Notes under the pieces: generated by a model
Seen by the model: the letters and a program-made list of their open reading frames with translations, nothing else
What the model was told of the DNA's origin: nothing
The model's database searches: none
Part shown: piece by piece, positions 8,641-18,335 of the stretch
Numbering within the stretch: position 1 is the stretch's first letter
Layout: every line of letters starts with the position of its first letter
Program-made: the position numbers and the translations under genes
From: a virus
Lineage: Duplodnaviria > Caudoviricetes
IMG/VR virus record: IMGVR_UViG_3300013767_000066
Location: 1 to 45,974 of that record
Direction: 5' to 3' (one strand)
Length of the DNA: 45,974 nt

Positions 8641-9381
8641 TCAGTTGACCGGCCCAGTGCTGCCACCCTGCGGATCAGAGTGGGTGTGTGTGTCGTCCAC
8701 GCGCTTGCCGTTGGCAGTGATCTGCCCAATGACATTCAGGACGCCGTTGAACACCGCGGCCGCGCCGCTGACTGCGCTGCCCACCATACCGCCTACGAAA
8801 GTCAGCAAACCGGTGATCGTCACGCCAGCCGAGAATGTCGAGAGCGGCGCGACCACATCGAATCCACCCGGCGCGACGATCTTGACCTTCTGGCTGCTTG
8901 GGTTCAGGTCGATGTACGTGGCGCCATCGTTGCTGCGCAGCTGCGCGCTCGCGGTGCTGATGCCAGCGATCTTGGTGGCCTGCGAGAAGAACCCCACGAA
9001 CGCGAAGCCGTCACTGAGGTCGTGTACGCGCGGCTCGATCGGGGGCTGCACGCCGCCGGACTGCCACCACGCGTCAATGCAGCGCGCCGAGAACACGACC
9101 AGGCATTCGTCTCCCTTGGCAACAGGGAACGTCAGCGTGCACCCACCGCCGCGCGGGAAGTGCACTGGAACGTCGACGAGCAACGGCATGTTCACGAACC
9201 TGGCGCTGCCGTCGGGGAAATGCTGGATGCCCTTGATCGCCAGCTGCACGGTTGCGGTGATCGCCCCAGGGCTGAACGACTGGATGATGCCGGGCATGGC
9301 CGTCCATATCCCGGATCGCAGCCCCTCCAGCGCCACGCGCAGCGCTTCCTCGGGATCGTCCCAACGTTCTCTGCTATCCAC
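8641..9381 (-). CDS. Baseplate central spike (Gp138/gpV-like)
   Basis: VPVHFPRGGG, GDECLVVFSARCIDAWW, HDLSDG, C-terminal HTH metal-binding tip (THTHS). Confidence 0.88.
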   Translation of the reverse strand: MDSRERWDDPEEALRVALEGLRSGIWTAMPGIIQSFSPGAITATVQLAIKGIQHFPDGSARFVNMPLLVDVPVHFPRGGGCTLTFPVAKGDECLVVFSARCIDAWWQSGGVQPPIEPRVHDLSDGFAFVGFFSQATKIAGISTASAQLRSNDGATYIDLNPSSQKVKIVAPGGFDVVAPLSTFSAGVTITGLLTFVGGMVGSAVSGAAAVFNGVLNVIGQITANGKRVDDTHTHSDPQGGSTGPVN

Positions 9382-10297
9382 TGGCCACCGCGTTCGTGTA
9401 GGTCGACGTCAGCGGGGCCGTTCCATTCAGGCCCGCGCAGATCATCTCGTTATAGAAGTCCTGGCCTCGCGTGTCGCCAGACCGGGACATCGCATAGACC
9501 TTGTAGATCCCGTCGTCGTCCAGACTCGGGAAGTAGTTCGTGGCCGTATAGTCTGTGCTCAACGGCGCCTGCTGGATGCTCGCGTTGTCGATCTTGAGCC
9601 GTGTCCCCGGTCGGATGTTCGGGTTGAGCAGACACTTCACGATGATGCCGTCGACCGTCTGCACCGGCATGCCGACCATCCCGGTCGCCGATGTCATCAC
9701 GACAGCCTCGCCCGGCAGGTAGCCATTAACGGGAACCATCTGCAACTGCCCGTCGCGCAGCGTCCAGTGCGACGCGCTGGCATCAGCCAGTCGCCGGACG
9801 TAGTCACGCGTCATGCCGTAGCAGACCTTTCCGCGCGGCATCTTGGTCGGCGCAAACTCTGGTGAGTAGCCAGACACGATGCCGTATTGCGCCATCGACT
9901 GGACCAACGCACCGTGGCAATCCGATTGCGTCCAGCCAGCCGCCAGCGTCGTGTTCACGACCGACCAGTTGTATGCCTCGTCGCCATCAGCAGCGATGAT
10001 GTCGATGAACGTGTCGGTCGCGTTCTCGCGCCCTTTGCGCACCTGCTTGATCGCTCCGGAAAAGATCAGGCCGAAGTCATCGCCGTAGCCTGCCTGCAGG
10101 AAGACCTGCGTGAATTCCTTCTGGATGCTCTTGGCCGTCGCCTCGGAGACGTTGTACACCCGGATGGTCGAGTGTTCCGGGCTCTGTGTCGTGGCACTCC
10201 AGATCCTGAATCGCACGTGCAGCTGCGACAGGTCGAGCCCCTGCCCGCTGGCGTTGCCAACCACCAGGCTGACACGTCGAATCCACTGCTGCGTCAT
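9374..10297 (-). CDS. Baseplate hub protein
   Basis: IRVYNVS, LQAGY, IFSG, AADGD, CLLNP, GDTRG; position before the spike; start trimmed to MTQQW. Confidence 0.8.
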   Translation of the reverse strand: MTQQWIRRVSLVVGNASGQGLDLSQLHVRFRIWSATTQSPEHSTIRVYNVSEATAKSIQKEFTQVFLQAGYGDDFGLIFSGAIKQVRKGRENATDTFIDIIAADGDEAYNWSVVNTTLAAGWTQSDCHGALVQSMAQYGIVSGYSPEFAPTKMPRGKVCYGMTRDYVRRLADASASHWTLRDGQLQMVPVNGYLPGEAVVMTSATGMVGMPVQTVDGIIVKCLLNPNIRPGTRLKIDNASIQQAPLSTDYTATNYFPSLDDDGIYKVYAMSRSGDTRGQDFYNEMICAGLNGTAPLTSTYTNAVASG

Positions 10298-10605
10298 CAG
10301 GGCACCACGCAATAGAGGTGTGAATCGGTCCCGAGGTTCGTGAACGTCGGCGGCGCGTCGGCAGCGTCGGTCTGCACCCACAGCTCGAAGCCAAAGGTCA
10401 GGTACGAATACTGCACCAGTAGATCCACCCCGGTGACCAGCGAGATACCAGATACCAGTGCATTTCCAGCAGCGTCGGCGATGTCCAGGAACCAGCCGCC
10501 GTAGGTCGTATCCCGCCACAGCAGCGTGAACTGATACTGCACGCCTACCAGGGTGACGTTGAAGGTCTGAGCCTGGGCCGACAGCGGAATCTCAAAGGTC
10601 TGCAT
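10297..10605 (-). CDS. Baseplate plug-like protein
   Basis: FEIPL...LVSGISLVTGVDLLVQY...PTFTNLG; synteny. Confidence 0.7.
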   Translation of the reverse strand: MQTFEIPLSAQAQTFNVTLVGVQYQFTLLWRDTTYGGWFLDIADAAGNALVSGISLVTGVDLLVQYSYLTFGFELWVQTDAADAPPTFTNLGTDSHLYCVVP

Positions 10606-11204
10606 CAGTTCGCCAATCGGTAGAGCAAGCTGGTGTTGGTCGCCTGCGGCTGCTTCGTGCCGGTGTTGGTCGTCTGGCCGGTCTTCTGCGGCAGCGCCTG
10701 GTTCTCAGTCGGCTGCAGCAGCGTTGTGGTCGTCTGGACGATGATCACTTCGCGGCAGTGCAGCGTCGTGACAAATGCGTTCTCGGTTCTTGCGTCGGTC
10801 GTGGTGTCGATCGACTGGATCAGCATGTTCTGGTACTTGCGCTTGCCCGTGGAGATGCTGAACGGCTCGCGCATTTTTTGCAGCAGCAACAGCCGCTCGT
10901 AGGCATACGCCGAATAGTTGCCGAACTTCAGCGAGAAGACAGCCGCCAAGCTGCTGTTGGTCCACCCCAGTGTGAGGGTCAGCTCGGCCGGCTTCTTGTA
11001 GGCGTGATCCGAGATCGCCGCACCCTGCTCGACGGGGTGGTCGGTGATAACCAGCTCGTCGTGATGGTGCTCCTCGATCGTGATATAGGCGCTGAACGAG
11101 CCGAGCGATGAGTTCATCGAACGCTTGGGCGCAAAAAATGCGCTCACCACGTCGGCAGCGGTGAGGGCCGCCAACGCGATGCCGCTCTTTGCCAGATTGT
11201 TCAT
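10605..11204 (-). CDS. Dit-like tail tube initiator
   Basis: EEHHHDELVITDHPVEQGAAISDHAY, TGKRKYQNMLI; follows the tape measure gene. Confidence 0.82.
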   Translation of the reverse strand: MNNLAKSGIALAALTAADVVSAFFAPKRSMNSSLGSFSAYITIEEHHHDELVITDHPVEQGAAISDHAYKKPAELTLTLGWTNSSLAAVFSLKFGNYSAYAYERLLLLQKMREPFSISTGKRKYQNMLIQSIDTTTDARTENAFVTTLHCREVIIVQTTTTLLQPTENQALPQKTGQTTNTGTKQPQATNTSLLYRLAN

Positions 11205-13072
11205 TGCACTGCCGTCCTCATGTTGCGCACCAGACGCTGGTTGACACCAGACTGGGCCTGGCCAACCGCCTCGGCTGTGCCCTGCGCGTCAGCCGCGCCA
11301 TTCACGTGGATCGTGGTCGTCTGGGTGAGCGAAACTGGCGCGGCACCCGCCGCCTGACCGCCGGCCGCGCGAGCCGCCGAAGCGGATGCGAGCTGCTCGG
11401 TGCTGTACGGGTTACGACCGTTCTCCACCCTGATGATGGCGTCCATCAGGCCCTGCATCATGCGCGGGTCGTTCAGGTCGAGCGCCGCATTCGATTCCAC
11501 GCCCAGACGCTGCGATACGCTGCCAATGTAGGCCTGCGTGTTGTTCTCGCTGGGCGGCGCGAATCGCGAGATGATCGCGCGCACCGAATTGATCCCGCGC
11601 TGCGCATACCGGCGCAACTGGTCAGACAACGCCTGCAAGCCATCCTCGGCAGTCTGGAACACCGCGAACCGGCCGTTCGGACCTTCTTCCTGTGTCGCGC
11701 CAGCCTGGCCAACGTAGTTCAGGTTGCCCGGATTATTGTTGCGGATCCCTCGCGGCTGGCGTCCGCCACCTGCCGCCGGCGGCGCGGCCGGGGCAGGCCC
11801 GGACGCAGCGCCTGGCGCGGCCGCAGGGGTTGGCGTTCTATTGAGCTCGTTGTATTCCGATTCGCGCCCAATCCAAAAGGCTTTTGCCGCGATCTTTGCG
11901 CCAGCGAAATCACCCTTGAAGAGTTTCACAATGGCATCACCGCCCGCAAGCGCTACATAGAGAATGTCCGCCAGATAGTCTCTTAGCGTCTTGATGCCTT
12001 CCGTCGCTAATTTGATGCCAGGTTCCCACTGCGTCCAGTCAATCAGGCTCTTGCCGCCTTCTTTCCAAACCTTGTAGTCGTCGTAGAGCGCCAGGATGGC
12101 CGTACCGAGCGCCACGATGCGGCCCAGCGGCGTCGCCAGGAAGCCTGTATTGAGCACCTTCCATGCAACGCCTAGGGCGACGACGGACTCGATGACAAGC
12201 TTCGTCGTGCCGTCCAGTCCATTGAACCAGTCGACCACCGCAGCGATGGCCTGCATCCCGCGCAGGGCCAGCGTGCTGATGATGTCTGCCAGCGACAGGA
12301 CGGCCCCAGCCACCTTCTCGACGATGGCGGAGATCCGGCCGAAGTTGTTGACCAGGCCGTCGCGGAAGCGCCGGATATCACCGGACAACTTGCCGGTCAG
12401 GCTGGTGGCCACCTTCTGGCCCAGAATCACGAAAGCCGAGCCCAGGGCGCGCACTTCGTTCATGAAAGCGTGCGACGACTTTGCCGCTTCCTGCGAGTCC
12501 ATGCCGGCCTTCGCCAGCATGTCCTTGTAGTCGTCACCGAACTGCCCCATGCCCTCGCGCAGGGCCATCAGGGTCTTTTCATCGATCCCCAGAGCCTGAG
12601 CGTACGCGTTCGCCCGGTAGTACGGCATGTTGGCGAACTTGCCGCCCAGTTCAGACAGGATCTCGGTGGTGTCGCGCAACGCGCCATTGGCGGCGCGCGT
12701 CTGGACGCCAAGGCTCGTGATGAGCCCCTCGGCGCCCGGGCTGTTGCGCATGAAGCGGGCGAGGTTCTCAAGCGAGCCGCGCGCCGCCTCGGCGCTCGAT
12801 CCCATCTGAGCAGCGGCAAAGCCCAGCGCCTGGATGTTTTCCACGGCGGCGCCGGTGCGCTGCGACGCGAAGTACAGCGCCTCCATCTGCGAGGCGATAA
12901 CCGTGACACTGGCTACCACAGCGGCAGATGCGGTTTTGACCGCGACCCCGAGCTCCGCAACCTTCAACGTCGCAGCGAGGACGCCATCGGTGAACTTCTT
13001 CTGGCCGCGCTCGTCGACCTTGAAGCCGAGCGAGACGAGGAACTCGCGGATGGTATCGACGTTACCTGCCAT
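11201..13072 (-). CDS. Tape measure protein with C-terminal lysozyme-like domain
   Basis: IREFLVSLGF N-terminus, helical Ala-rich body, RGIRNNNPGNL...APPSENNT...IIRVENG domain. Confidence 0.9.
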   Translation of the reverse strand: MAGNVDTIREFLVSLGFKVDERGQKKFTDGVLAATLKVAELGVAVKTASAAVVASVTVIASQMEALYFASQRTGAAVENIQALGFAAAQMGSSAEAARGSLENLARFMRNSPGAEGLITSLGVQTRAANGALRDTTEILSELGGKFANMPYYRANAYAQALGIDEKTLMALREGMGQFGDDYKDMLAKAGMDSQEAAKSSHAFMNEVRALGSAFVILGQKVATSLTGKLSGDIRRFRDGLVNNFGRISAIVEKVAGAVLSLADIISTLALRGMQAIAAVVDWFNGLDGTTKLVIESVVALGVAWKVLNTGFLATPLGRIVALGTAILALYDDYKVWKEGGKSLIDWTQWEPGIKLATEGIKTLRDYLADILYVALAGGDAIVKLFKGDFAGAKIAAKAFWIGRESEYNELNRTPTPAAAPGAASGPAPAAPPAAGGGRQPRGIRNNNPGNLNYVGQAGATQEEGPNGRFAVFQTAEDGLQALSDQLRRYAQRGINSVRAIISRFAPPSENNTQAYIGSVSQRLGVESNAALDLNDPRMMQGLMDAIIRVENGRNPYSTEQLASASAARAAGGQAAGAAPVSLTQTTTIHVNGAADAQGTAEAVGQAQSGVNQRLVRNMRTAVQ

Positions 13073-13316
13073 GTTTGTCTTCGGTGAATTGCCGCGCCAA
13101 CTGCGTGTTCTCGGCGAGCACGTCCAGCGCCTCGTTCATCAGCGCAATGTCCGCGAGGTCAATGGTGCCGTCCTTCAGGCTTTCATATCGGCACATGCCC
13201 TTTACGACCGGCCGCATCAGCCAGTCGAGACCATCAGGCAGGCATGACCACGTTATGCCGCGGGGGGCGCCGGGTTCATCGCCGGAACTTTGGCGAGGAA
13301 CCCGGACAAGAAAGGG
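13062..13316 (-). CDS. Tail assembly chaperone frameshift extension (gpT-like)
   Basis: The -1 frame is open from the slippery heptamer C CCT TTC (13310-13316) to TAA at 13062 and encodes ...LPDGLDWLMRPVVKGMCRYESLKDGTIDLADIALMNEALDV...; not in the ORF track. Confidence 0.8.
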   Translation of the reverse strand, partial: PFLVRVPRQSSGDEPGAPRGITWSCLPDGLDWLMRPVVKGMCRYESLKDGTIDLADIALMNEALDVLAENTQLARQFTEDKHGR

Positions 13317-13708
13317 CCAAGGCTGTGCCAGACCACCTTCGCGACAAGCTGGACGGTGGCGCCCAGGTCGATGTCGTCAAACATTAGGCCACCGCCGGGC
13401 GTCCAGACGGACGCCCAGTTGCCCTGCTGCTGGCGTTGGACGACAGCCAGGCACGCGTGAACCACGTAGTCGAAGTCCTCGTCGGTCATGGCGGCGAGCG
13501 CCTGCACGAGCGGGTCAACCGCGGCGGCAAGACCGTTCAGGTCATCTTTTGCCGCGCCGGCCTTCGCCGACTCGGCAATCTTGAGGAACGCCGGCAGCAG
13601 CTTTGGCACGACGGGCCCAATTTTTCGCGACACGTGCAACTGCTTGAAGGTGTCGAGCTTGGCCGCTCGGTACGCCTGGCCGTTGATGTCAAATTCGATC
13701 GTCTGCAT
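13253..13708 (-). CDS. Tail assembly chaperone (gpG-like)
   Basis: Between tube and tape measure genes; YRAAKLDTFKQLHVSRKI, LMFDDIDL. Confidence 0.82.
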   Translation of the reverse strand: MQTIEFDINGQAYRAAKLDTFKQLHVSRKIGPVVPKLLPAFLKIAESAKAGAAKDDLNGLAAAVDPLVQALAAMTDEDFDYVVHACLAVVQRQQQGNWASVWTPGGGLMFDDIDLGATVQLVAKVVWHSLGPFLSGFLAKVPAMNPAPPAA

Positions 13709-13720
13709 CTACCTCTCCGC

Positions 13721-14161
13721 TCAGTAGGTGCCCAGCACCGAGTCGACCTTGATGGCGTCGAACACCCAGCTGATGATGTCGCCGTCCTTGGCGTACTTCA
13801 TATCGGGCTTCTTTTTGAACGCCAGCTCGCGCGCGACGTGAAGGTCGCCAGCGGCGGTGTTCGAGATCGTGATGATGTTTTTGCCCCAGAGCGCAGCGCT
13901 GATGGCCTGGGCGTCGTAAGTCGCCATAAGCTTTTGGTTCATGGGGCTCGTCTTGAGCAGGCGAACTGTCACCTGCCCCGACTTGTCCGCGTGAAGGCTG
14001 TGCATGCCTTCCCCATCGGCACCGACCGTCATGGTGTTCTTGTCACCAGCGGCGACGATGTCGATACCTTCCTCGGCGTTGGCTGAGCCGTAGCCCAGGG
14101 AAAACATACCGGTCGGACCGACCAACGTGGCGGTGACGTCTTTGAAGCTATACGAGGGCAT
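13721..14161 (-). CDS. Tail tube protein (DUF3277-like)
   Basis: YSFKDV, DKNTMTVGADGEGMHSLHA, VRLLKTSP; follows the sheath. Confidence 0.85.
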   Translation of the reverse strand: MPSYSFKDVTATLVGPTGMFSLGYGSANAEEGIDIVAAGDKNTMTVGADGEGMHSLHADKSGQVTVRLLKTSPMNQKLMATYDAQAISAALWGKNIITISNTAAGDLHVARELAFKKKPDMKYAKDGDIISWVFDAIKVDSVLGTY

Positions 14162-14169
14162 GGTTCACC

Positions 14170-15987
14170 TTATCGTTGAACGTTGACGGTCAGCGAGATC
14201 GAGTGGATCGCGCCGGCTTCCAGAGCCGCGACCTGGAACGGGACGGACTTGCGGGCCTGCCGGTCGGACAGGGCCTGCGACGAGATGGGCGGCGCGTACA
14301 CGTAGTAGCCCTTCGACAGCGTGTCGCCCTGGTTCAGCGCGCCGAAGCCGGACTGGTTCCAGACGCCTGGTGCCAGGTACCCGTTATTCACCGCAGCCGC
14401 ACACGACGACTCGATCGTTCCGGCCAGCAGCTGGTTACCTGCATCGGTCTGGGGGATCTTCGTCTGGCTCGTGTACAGCGCGTTGTACAGGTCGGTCTGC
14501 ACGCGGTTGCGGAACCAGATCGCGTTGTAGATCGAGTCGATGAAGATTCCACTCGGGGTGACGCCGTTCTGGATGATCGCGGTGCCGTTGTCGTAGTTGA
14601 CGTAGTAGTTGTACTTCTTCGCGTCGAGCGCGTTGGCCTGAGTCGTGTTCAGCGACTCGGCCACGACGCCCGGCTCGGTCTTGTACATCAGCGTGATGGT
14701 CGTCCGGTTGCCGTTGAAGTTGACGGTCAACAAGCGCCCCAGCATCGAGGCGACGGCGTACGGACTCGAGCTCGACCACTGAGCGAAGCTGTACTTGTAG
14801 CCGAGCTGCGTCAGCTGGTAGCCAATGTCGCTGGTCTGCGTCGGATCCACCGCCGCGGCTTCCTGCGACGTGATGCCATACAAGTGTGCCTGGTCGGCTT
14901 CGACGTACGCGGACACCGCCAGATGCTGGGCATCGGTGATCGACGTGTCGGCAAACGTGATGCCGAGGAACTGCCGGCCGAAGTTGGAAATCATCGCGTT
15001 GACCGCGTCGACCGGCTGCTCGGCGTTCACGCCATTGACCGGTGCCGAGGCAACGCCAGTGACCAGCCCCAGTTGCGCCGAGACGTCCGTTCCCGTGGCC
15101 GGCGCGGTCGCGTAGGTGATCGACGAGGCATTCACGCCGCCGGACAGGGTCGCGCCCGACAGGGTGACATTGGTCGACGACTTGGTCAGGGTGAACGCAT
15201 TGCCAGCGGTACCCACCGAACCGTACGTCACCGTCACCACCCCCAGCGAGGTCGCGTACTTGGCCTTGACCAAGTTGGTGTCTGCCGAGGCCTGCAGGAA
15301 GGCCTGCAGGTTGGCGGCCGTCTGAGCGGCTGTGGTACCGATCAGCACCTGGCTGCCCGTCGGGTTGGCGGCCACGAAGGTGACGACGGTGCCCCCGATC
15401 GTGACGGTGTCGTTCGCGGTCGGATTGCCGGTCAGCGAGATCGTGCCGTTCGCCGGCGTGCCGGCGCCCGCCGAGGCGCTGGTGACTTCGAAGCGGCTGT
15501 AGTTGGCATTCCAGACGCACGAGCCAGCCGGGCCGAGCGCGGTGGAGATCACCGACGCCACGCCGTTCAGGTTCGTCTGCGCGGTGAAGTCGAGGCCGGT
15601 CACATTCTTGACCGTGCCATCGATCGTGATATTGAACCCGCCATTCGAGATGAGGGTCCACGCCGCCATGGCCTGGGCAATGGCCGACAGCAGGCCGCCC
15701 TTCAGCTTTGCAGAGGTTGCGGTCTTCGCCCAGCGGCCGACCAGCAGCGACTGGGGCTGCGGGGTCTGGTTGAAATACAGGGCAGCGGCCTGGTATTCGG
15801 GTGACGTGAGACCCAAGTCGTTTGCCACGGCAGCGGCCGACGGGTAGGCGCGAAAGCGCTCGCCCGGGTCGATAACCGACGACGCGCCCAAGACGAGGCC
15901 CGTGTTCAGGTTCGCACCCTGCGCCGCCTGGGGCGACATGTTGATCAGGACGTTGATGAGCCGCGAGACCGGCAGAGTGTTCGGCAT
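14170..15987 (-). CDS. Tail sheath protein (DUF3383-like)
   Basis: [48 protein letters not shown]. Confidence 0.9.
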   Translation of the reverse strand: MPNTLPVSRLINVLINMSPQAAQGANLNTGLVLGASSVIDPGERFRAYPSAAAVANDLGLTSPEYQAAALYFNQTPQPQSLLVGRWAKTATSAKLKGGLLSAIAQAMAAWTLISNGGFNITIDGTVKNVTGLDFTAQTNLNGVASVISTALGPAGSCVWNANYSRFEVTSASAGAGTPANGTISLTGNPTANDTVTIGGTVVTFVAANPTGSQVLIGTTAAQTAANLQAFLQASADTNLVKAKYATSLGVVTVTYGSVGTAGNAFTLTKSSTNVTLSGATLSGGVNASSITYATAPATGTDVSAQLGLVTGVASAPVNGVNAEQPVDAVNAMISNFGRQFLGITFADTSITDAQHLAVSAYVEADQAHLYGITSQEAAAVDPTQTSDIGYQLTQLGYKYSFAQWSSSSPYAVASMLGRLLTVNFNGNRTTITLMYKTEPGVVAESLNTTQANALDAKKYNYYVNYDNGTAIIQNGVTPSGIFIDSIYNAIWFRNRVQTDLYNALYTSQTKIPQTDAGNQLLAGTIESSCAAAVNNGYLAPGVWNQSGFGALNQGDTLSKGYYVYAPPISSQALSDRQARKSVPFQVAALEAGAIHSISLTVNVQR

Positions 15988-16003
15988 GGACCGCTCCAAA
16001 TGG

Positions 16004-16026
16004 AAAAAGCCCGCTCGCGGCGGGCT
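16004..16026 (-). terminator. Intrinsic terminator between neck and sheath genes
   Basis: AGCCCGC-N5-GCGGGCT-TTTT on the minus strand. Confidence 0.7.
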
Positions 16027-16047
16027 GTCGAATGGGGTGTAACTGGG

Positions 16048-16629
16048 TTACGGCGTGACGTTGATTGGCGTCGTGGTGGTCGGCGTCTGGATCGTGGCGC
16101 CCGCCGAGAGGATGTTCAGCACCGCGTAGCTGCGCGTGACCTTGCGGCGGAAATTCAGCATGACGTCATATCGCCGAATCCACTGCTCATTGACCAGGTC
16201 GGGCGCCGGGCGGATCTCGCCGGTGTCGACCGACTGCATGTCGTTGGCCTTCAACTGCTCAAGGTTCTGCGGGATGGCGAGACCGTCGAGCAACTGGTGC
16301 GCATACAGCTTGGCGTTCGGACCATAGAACGACGCCAGCACCTCGATGCCCTCGTGGCGCACGTAGGTGTCGCTGCCGTCGCCGGCCGGGTTGTGGGTGA
16401 TCGCAGGGCCTGCGTCCGGCTTCTGCACCGTGATACCCAGCGCGCACCAGTTCACGGTCGCATCGGGCTGCTTTGGCACTGTGGGCTGCCAGCGCGGGCG
16501 CACCATGTTGCCGGGCAGCCCGGTGATCCCGACGATCATCTGCTGAAAGATCGCGTCAAGTGCCGCGTCTTCGAGCGGGGGCGAAGCCACGGCAGGCGAG
16601 AGGTATCCCCCTGTCGAGCTATCAGCCAT
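16048..16629 (-). CDS. Neck / tail terminator protein
   Basis: SSTGGYL, GITGLPGNMVRPRWQ, SFYGP, WIRRYD; synteny. Confidence 0.75.
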   Translation of the reverse strand: MADSSTGGYLSPAVASPPLEDAALDAIFQQMIVGITGLPGNMVRPRWQPTVPKQPDATVNWCALGITVQKPDAGPAITHNPAGDGSDTYVRHEGIEVLASFYGPNAKLYAHQLLDGLAIPQNLEQLKANDMQSVDTGEIRPAPDLVNEQWIRRYDVMLNFRRKVTRSYAVLNILSAGATIQTPTTTTPINVTP

Positions 16630-16632
16630 GTC

Positions 16633-17004
16633 TTACCCCGAGAGTTGCTTCAGCGTACACGTCGCGGCCACGAAGCCGCGGCCGTACGTGCTGTAGTCGT
16701 TGACGTTGGTCACCGTCCATTGCAGACCCTGCCATGTCACCACATCGGCGTCGTAGCCGGCCTGCCCGTCGATGAGCTTGAACCGCGTGTGGATCAGGAT
16801 CGTATCGCTGATGCGCGCGCCTTCGGCCACCCGATGCAGCACCGACCCGGTCGAGCTGGTCACCACGCCAACAAACGGCGTAGTGGTCGGTGTGTCCACC
16901 GCGATGCCGTCGTTCCCGACCGTCTGCGCGTTTCGCGTGACGGTCAGCGTGAGGTCGGCGAAGTCCGGATCGAACAGGATGTCCGAAACGTCGAGCAGCG
17001 GCAT
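16633..17004 (-). CDS. Head-closure / head-tail adaptor
   Basis: MPLLDVSDILFDPDF, YSTYGRGFV; synteny. Confidence 0.7.
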   Translation of the reverse strand: MPLLDVSDILFDPDFADLTLTVTRNAQTVGNDGIAVDTPTTTPFVGVVTSSTGSVLHRVAEGARISDTILIHTRFKLIDGQAGYDADVVTWQGLQWTVTNVNDYSTYGRGFVAATCTLKQLSG

Positions 17005-17537
17005 TACTTGTCCCTCACCACGTAGGTAATCGACTGGCGGTACTGGCCGGTGTCGATCAACGGCTTGGCGTTCGCGTTGTCCGGCTGATTGCCGGCCGCG
17101 CGGCTGGCCAGCTCAGCTGCGGCCCCCTTCCGCCCACGGCGCGCACGCGCGCGCAAAGTCGCTTCAGAGAGCGGCGCAAACGGGCCATCGGTGATCTTGG
17201 CCCGCACACCGTTCTGGCCGATCAGCCCGGCCTTGTTGAGCGCGGCGTTCACTCTCTGCCGGGAACCAGACAGCGCCGCACTGGCGCCACTTCCCAGGGC
17301 ATCGGCGACCTTGTCCTGCACTTCCTTGATACCGGGAATCAGGTGCGGACGTGCCGGAATATTGTTGACGGGCGAACCGGTTTCCATGATGTAGCCGATC
17401 GCCGCATTGTTGATGGGCTCGCCTTCGTCCCTGCGCTCGGCCTTGGCCGATGGCACGCCCACCAGGACGTCCTTCTTGACCAGTTCGGTGATTGCACCGA
17501 TTACGGCGCCGAGCCGGTCCACCTTCATTTCGACCAT
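17004..17537 (-). CDS. Neck / tail completion protein (HK97 gp10-like)
   Basis: VLVGVP, NIPARPHL, KPLIDTGQYRQSITY; start trimmed to MVEMK. Confidence 0.78.
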   Translation of the reverse strand: MVEMKVDRLGAVIGAITELVKKDVLVGVPSAKAERRDEGEPINNAAIGYIMETGSPVNNIPARPHLIPGIKEVQDKVADALGSGASAALSGSRQRVNAALNKAGLIGQNGVRAKITDGPFAPLSEATLRARARRGRKGAAAELASRAAGNQPDNANAKPLIDTGQYRQSITYVVRDK

Positions 17538-17544
17538 GATCACC

Positions 17545-17931
17545 TCACAGTTGCAGACCGCCCGCGCCCATGGCCCGCGCGATCGTGAGAAAGCGCACAC
17601 CGTAGGTGGTCAGGTTCCAGAATCCAGCGTCCTGAAGCGTCACGGCCCCGGTGTCGTAGGACACCGAAACCTTGTCGACGGACTTGGACGATGTCGGCCC
17701 CTTGACCTCGCCGGGTGTACCACCGGCCGCCGAGGCGTCCTGGTCACGCTTGGCGAGCGCCAGATGGTGAGCCGTCACGAGCTCGATGCCCTGATCCGTC
17801 AGGACGCCCCAGCGGTCCGGGTTCACCATCGACACCGCGATCGTCATCCAGAACGATACGGATGCATCTTGGTAGGTCGTGGTGTTCCCGAACTCGGGGA
17901 AATCTTGGCGGAACTGGGCAACGGAGCTCAT
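17545..17931 (-). CDS. Head-tail connector (DUF4054-like)
   Basis: FRQDFPEF, LVTAHHL, SKSVDKVSVSYD, WNLTTYG. Confidence 0.85.
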   Translation of the reverse strand: MSSVAQFRQDFPEFGNTTTYQDASVSFWMTIAVSMVNPDRWGVLTDQGIELVTAHHLALAKRDQDASAAGGTPGEVKGPTSSKSVDKVSVSYDTGAVTLQDAGFWNLTTYGVRFLTIARAMGAGGLQL

Positions 17932-17936
17932 TCAGG

Positions 17937-18326
17937 TTACTTTCCGGTGGGTTTCGCAGCGGCCTTGGCGTCCACCTGGGCAGTCGCCTTGGCCTCGGCT
18001 TCTTTGAGAGCGGTTTCGCGCTTGTCCAGCTCCGCTTCGCGCTTGTCGAGCTCGTCAGCACGGGCGTCCAGGGCGACGCTCAGCTCTTCAAGCCTCTTGC
18101 GCTCATCGTCAAGTTGGATCGCCAGACGCTCGAGCTCAGCCAGACGCTGCTTGGCCTGCTCACTGGTGTCAGCGCCTTCCTGGGCAGGTGCCTCGCCCAG
18201 GTGGTGCTTGACGAACCAGTGGTCCGCGATTTCCTGATCGACTTTGTGGTTGCCCACATCGAAGCTCGTTCTCGTCCCGTCATCATGGGTCAGCGTGAAC
18301 GCCTTGGCAACGTAGATCTTCGGCAT
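17937..18326 (-). CDS. Phage protein downstream of capsid with coiled-coil C-terminus
   Basis: IYVAKAFTLT...ADHWFVKHH followed by heptad-like ELDKRE repeats. Confidence 0.7.
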   Translation of the reverse strand: MPKIYVAKAFTLTHDDGTRTSFDVGNHKVDQEIADHWFVKHHLGEAPAQEGADTSEQAKQRLAELERLAIQLDDERKRLEELSVALDARADELDKREAELDKRETALKEAEAKATAQVDAKAAAKPTGK

Positions 18327-18335
18327 TTCGACCCC

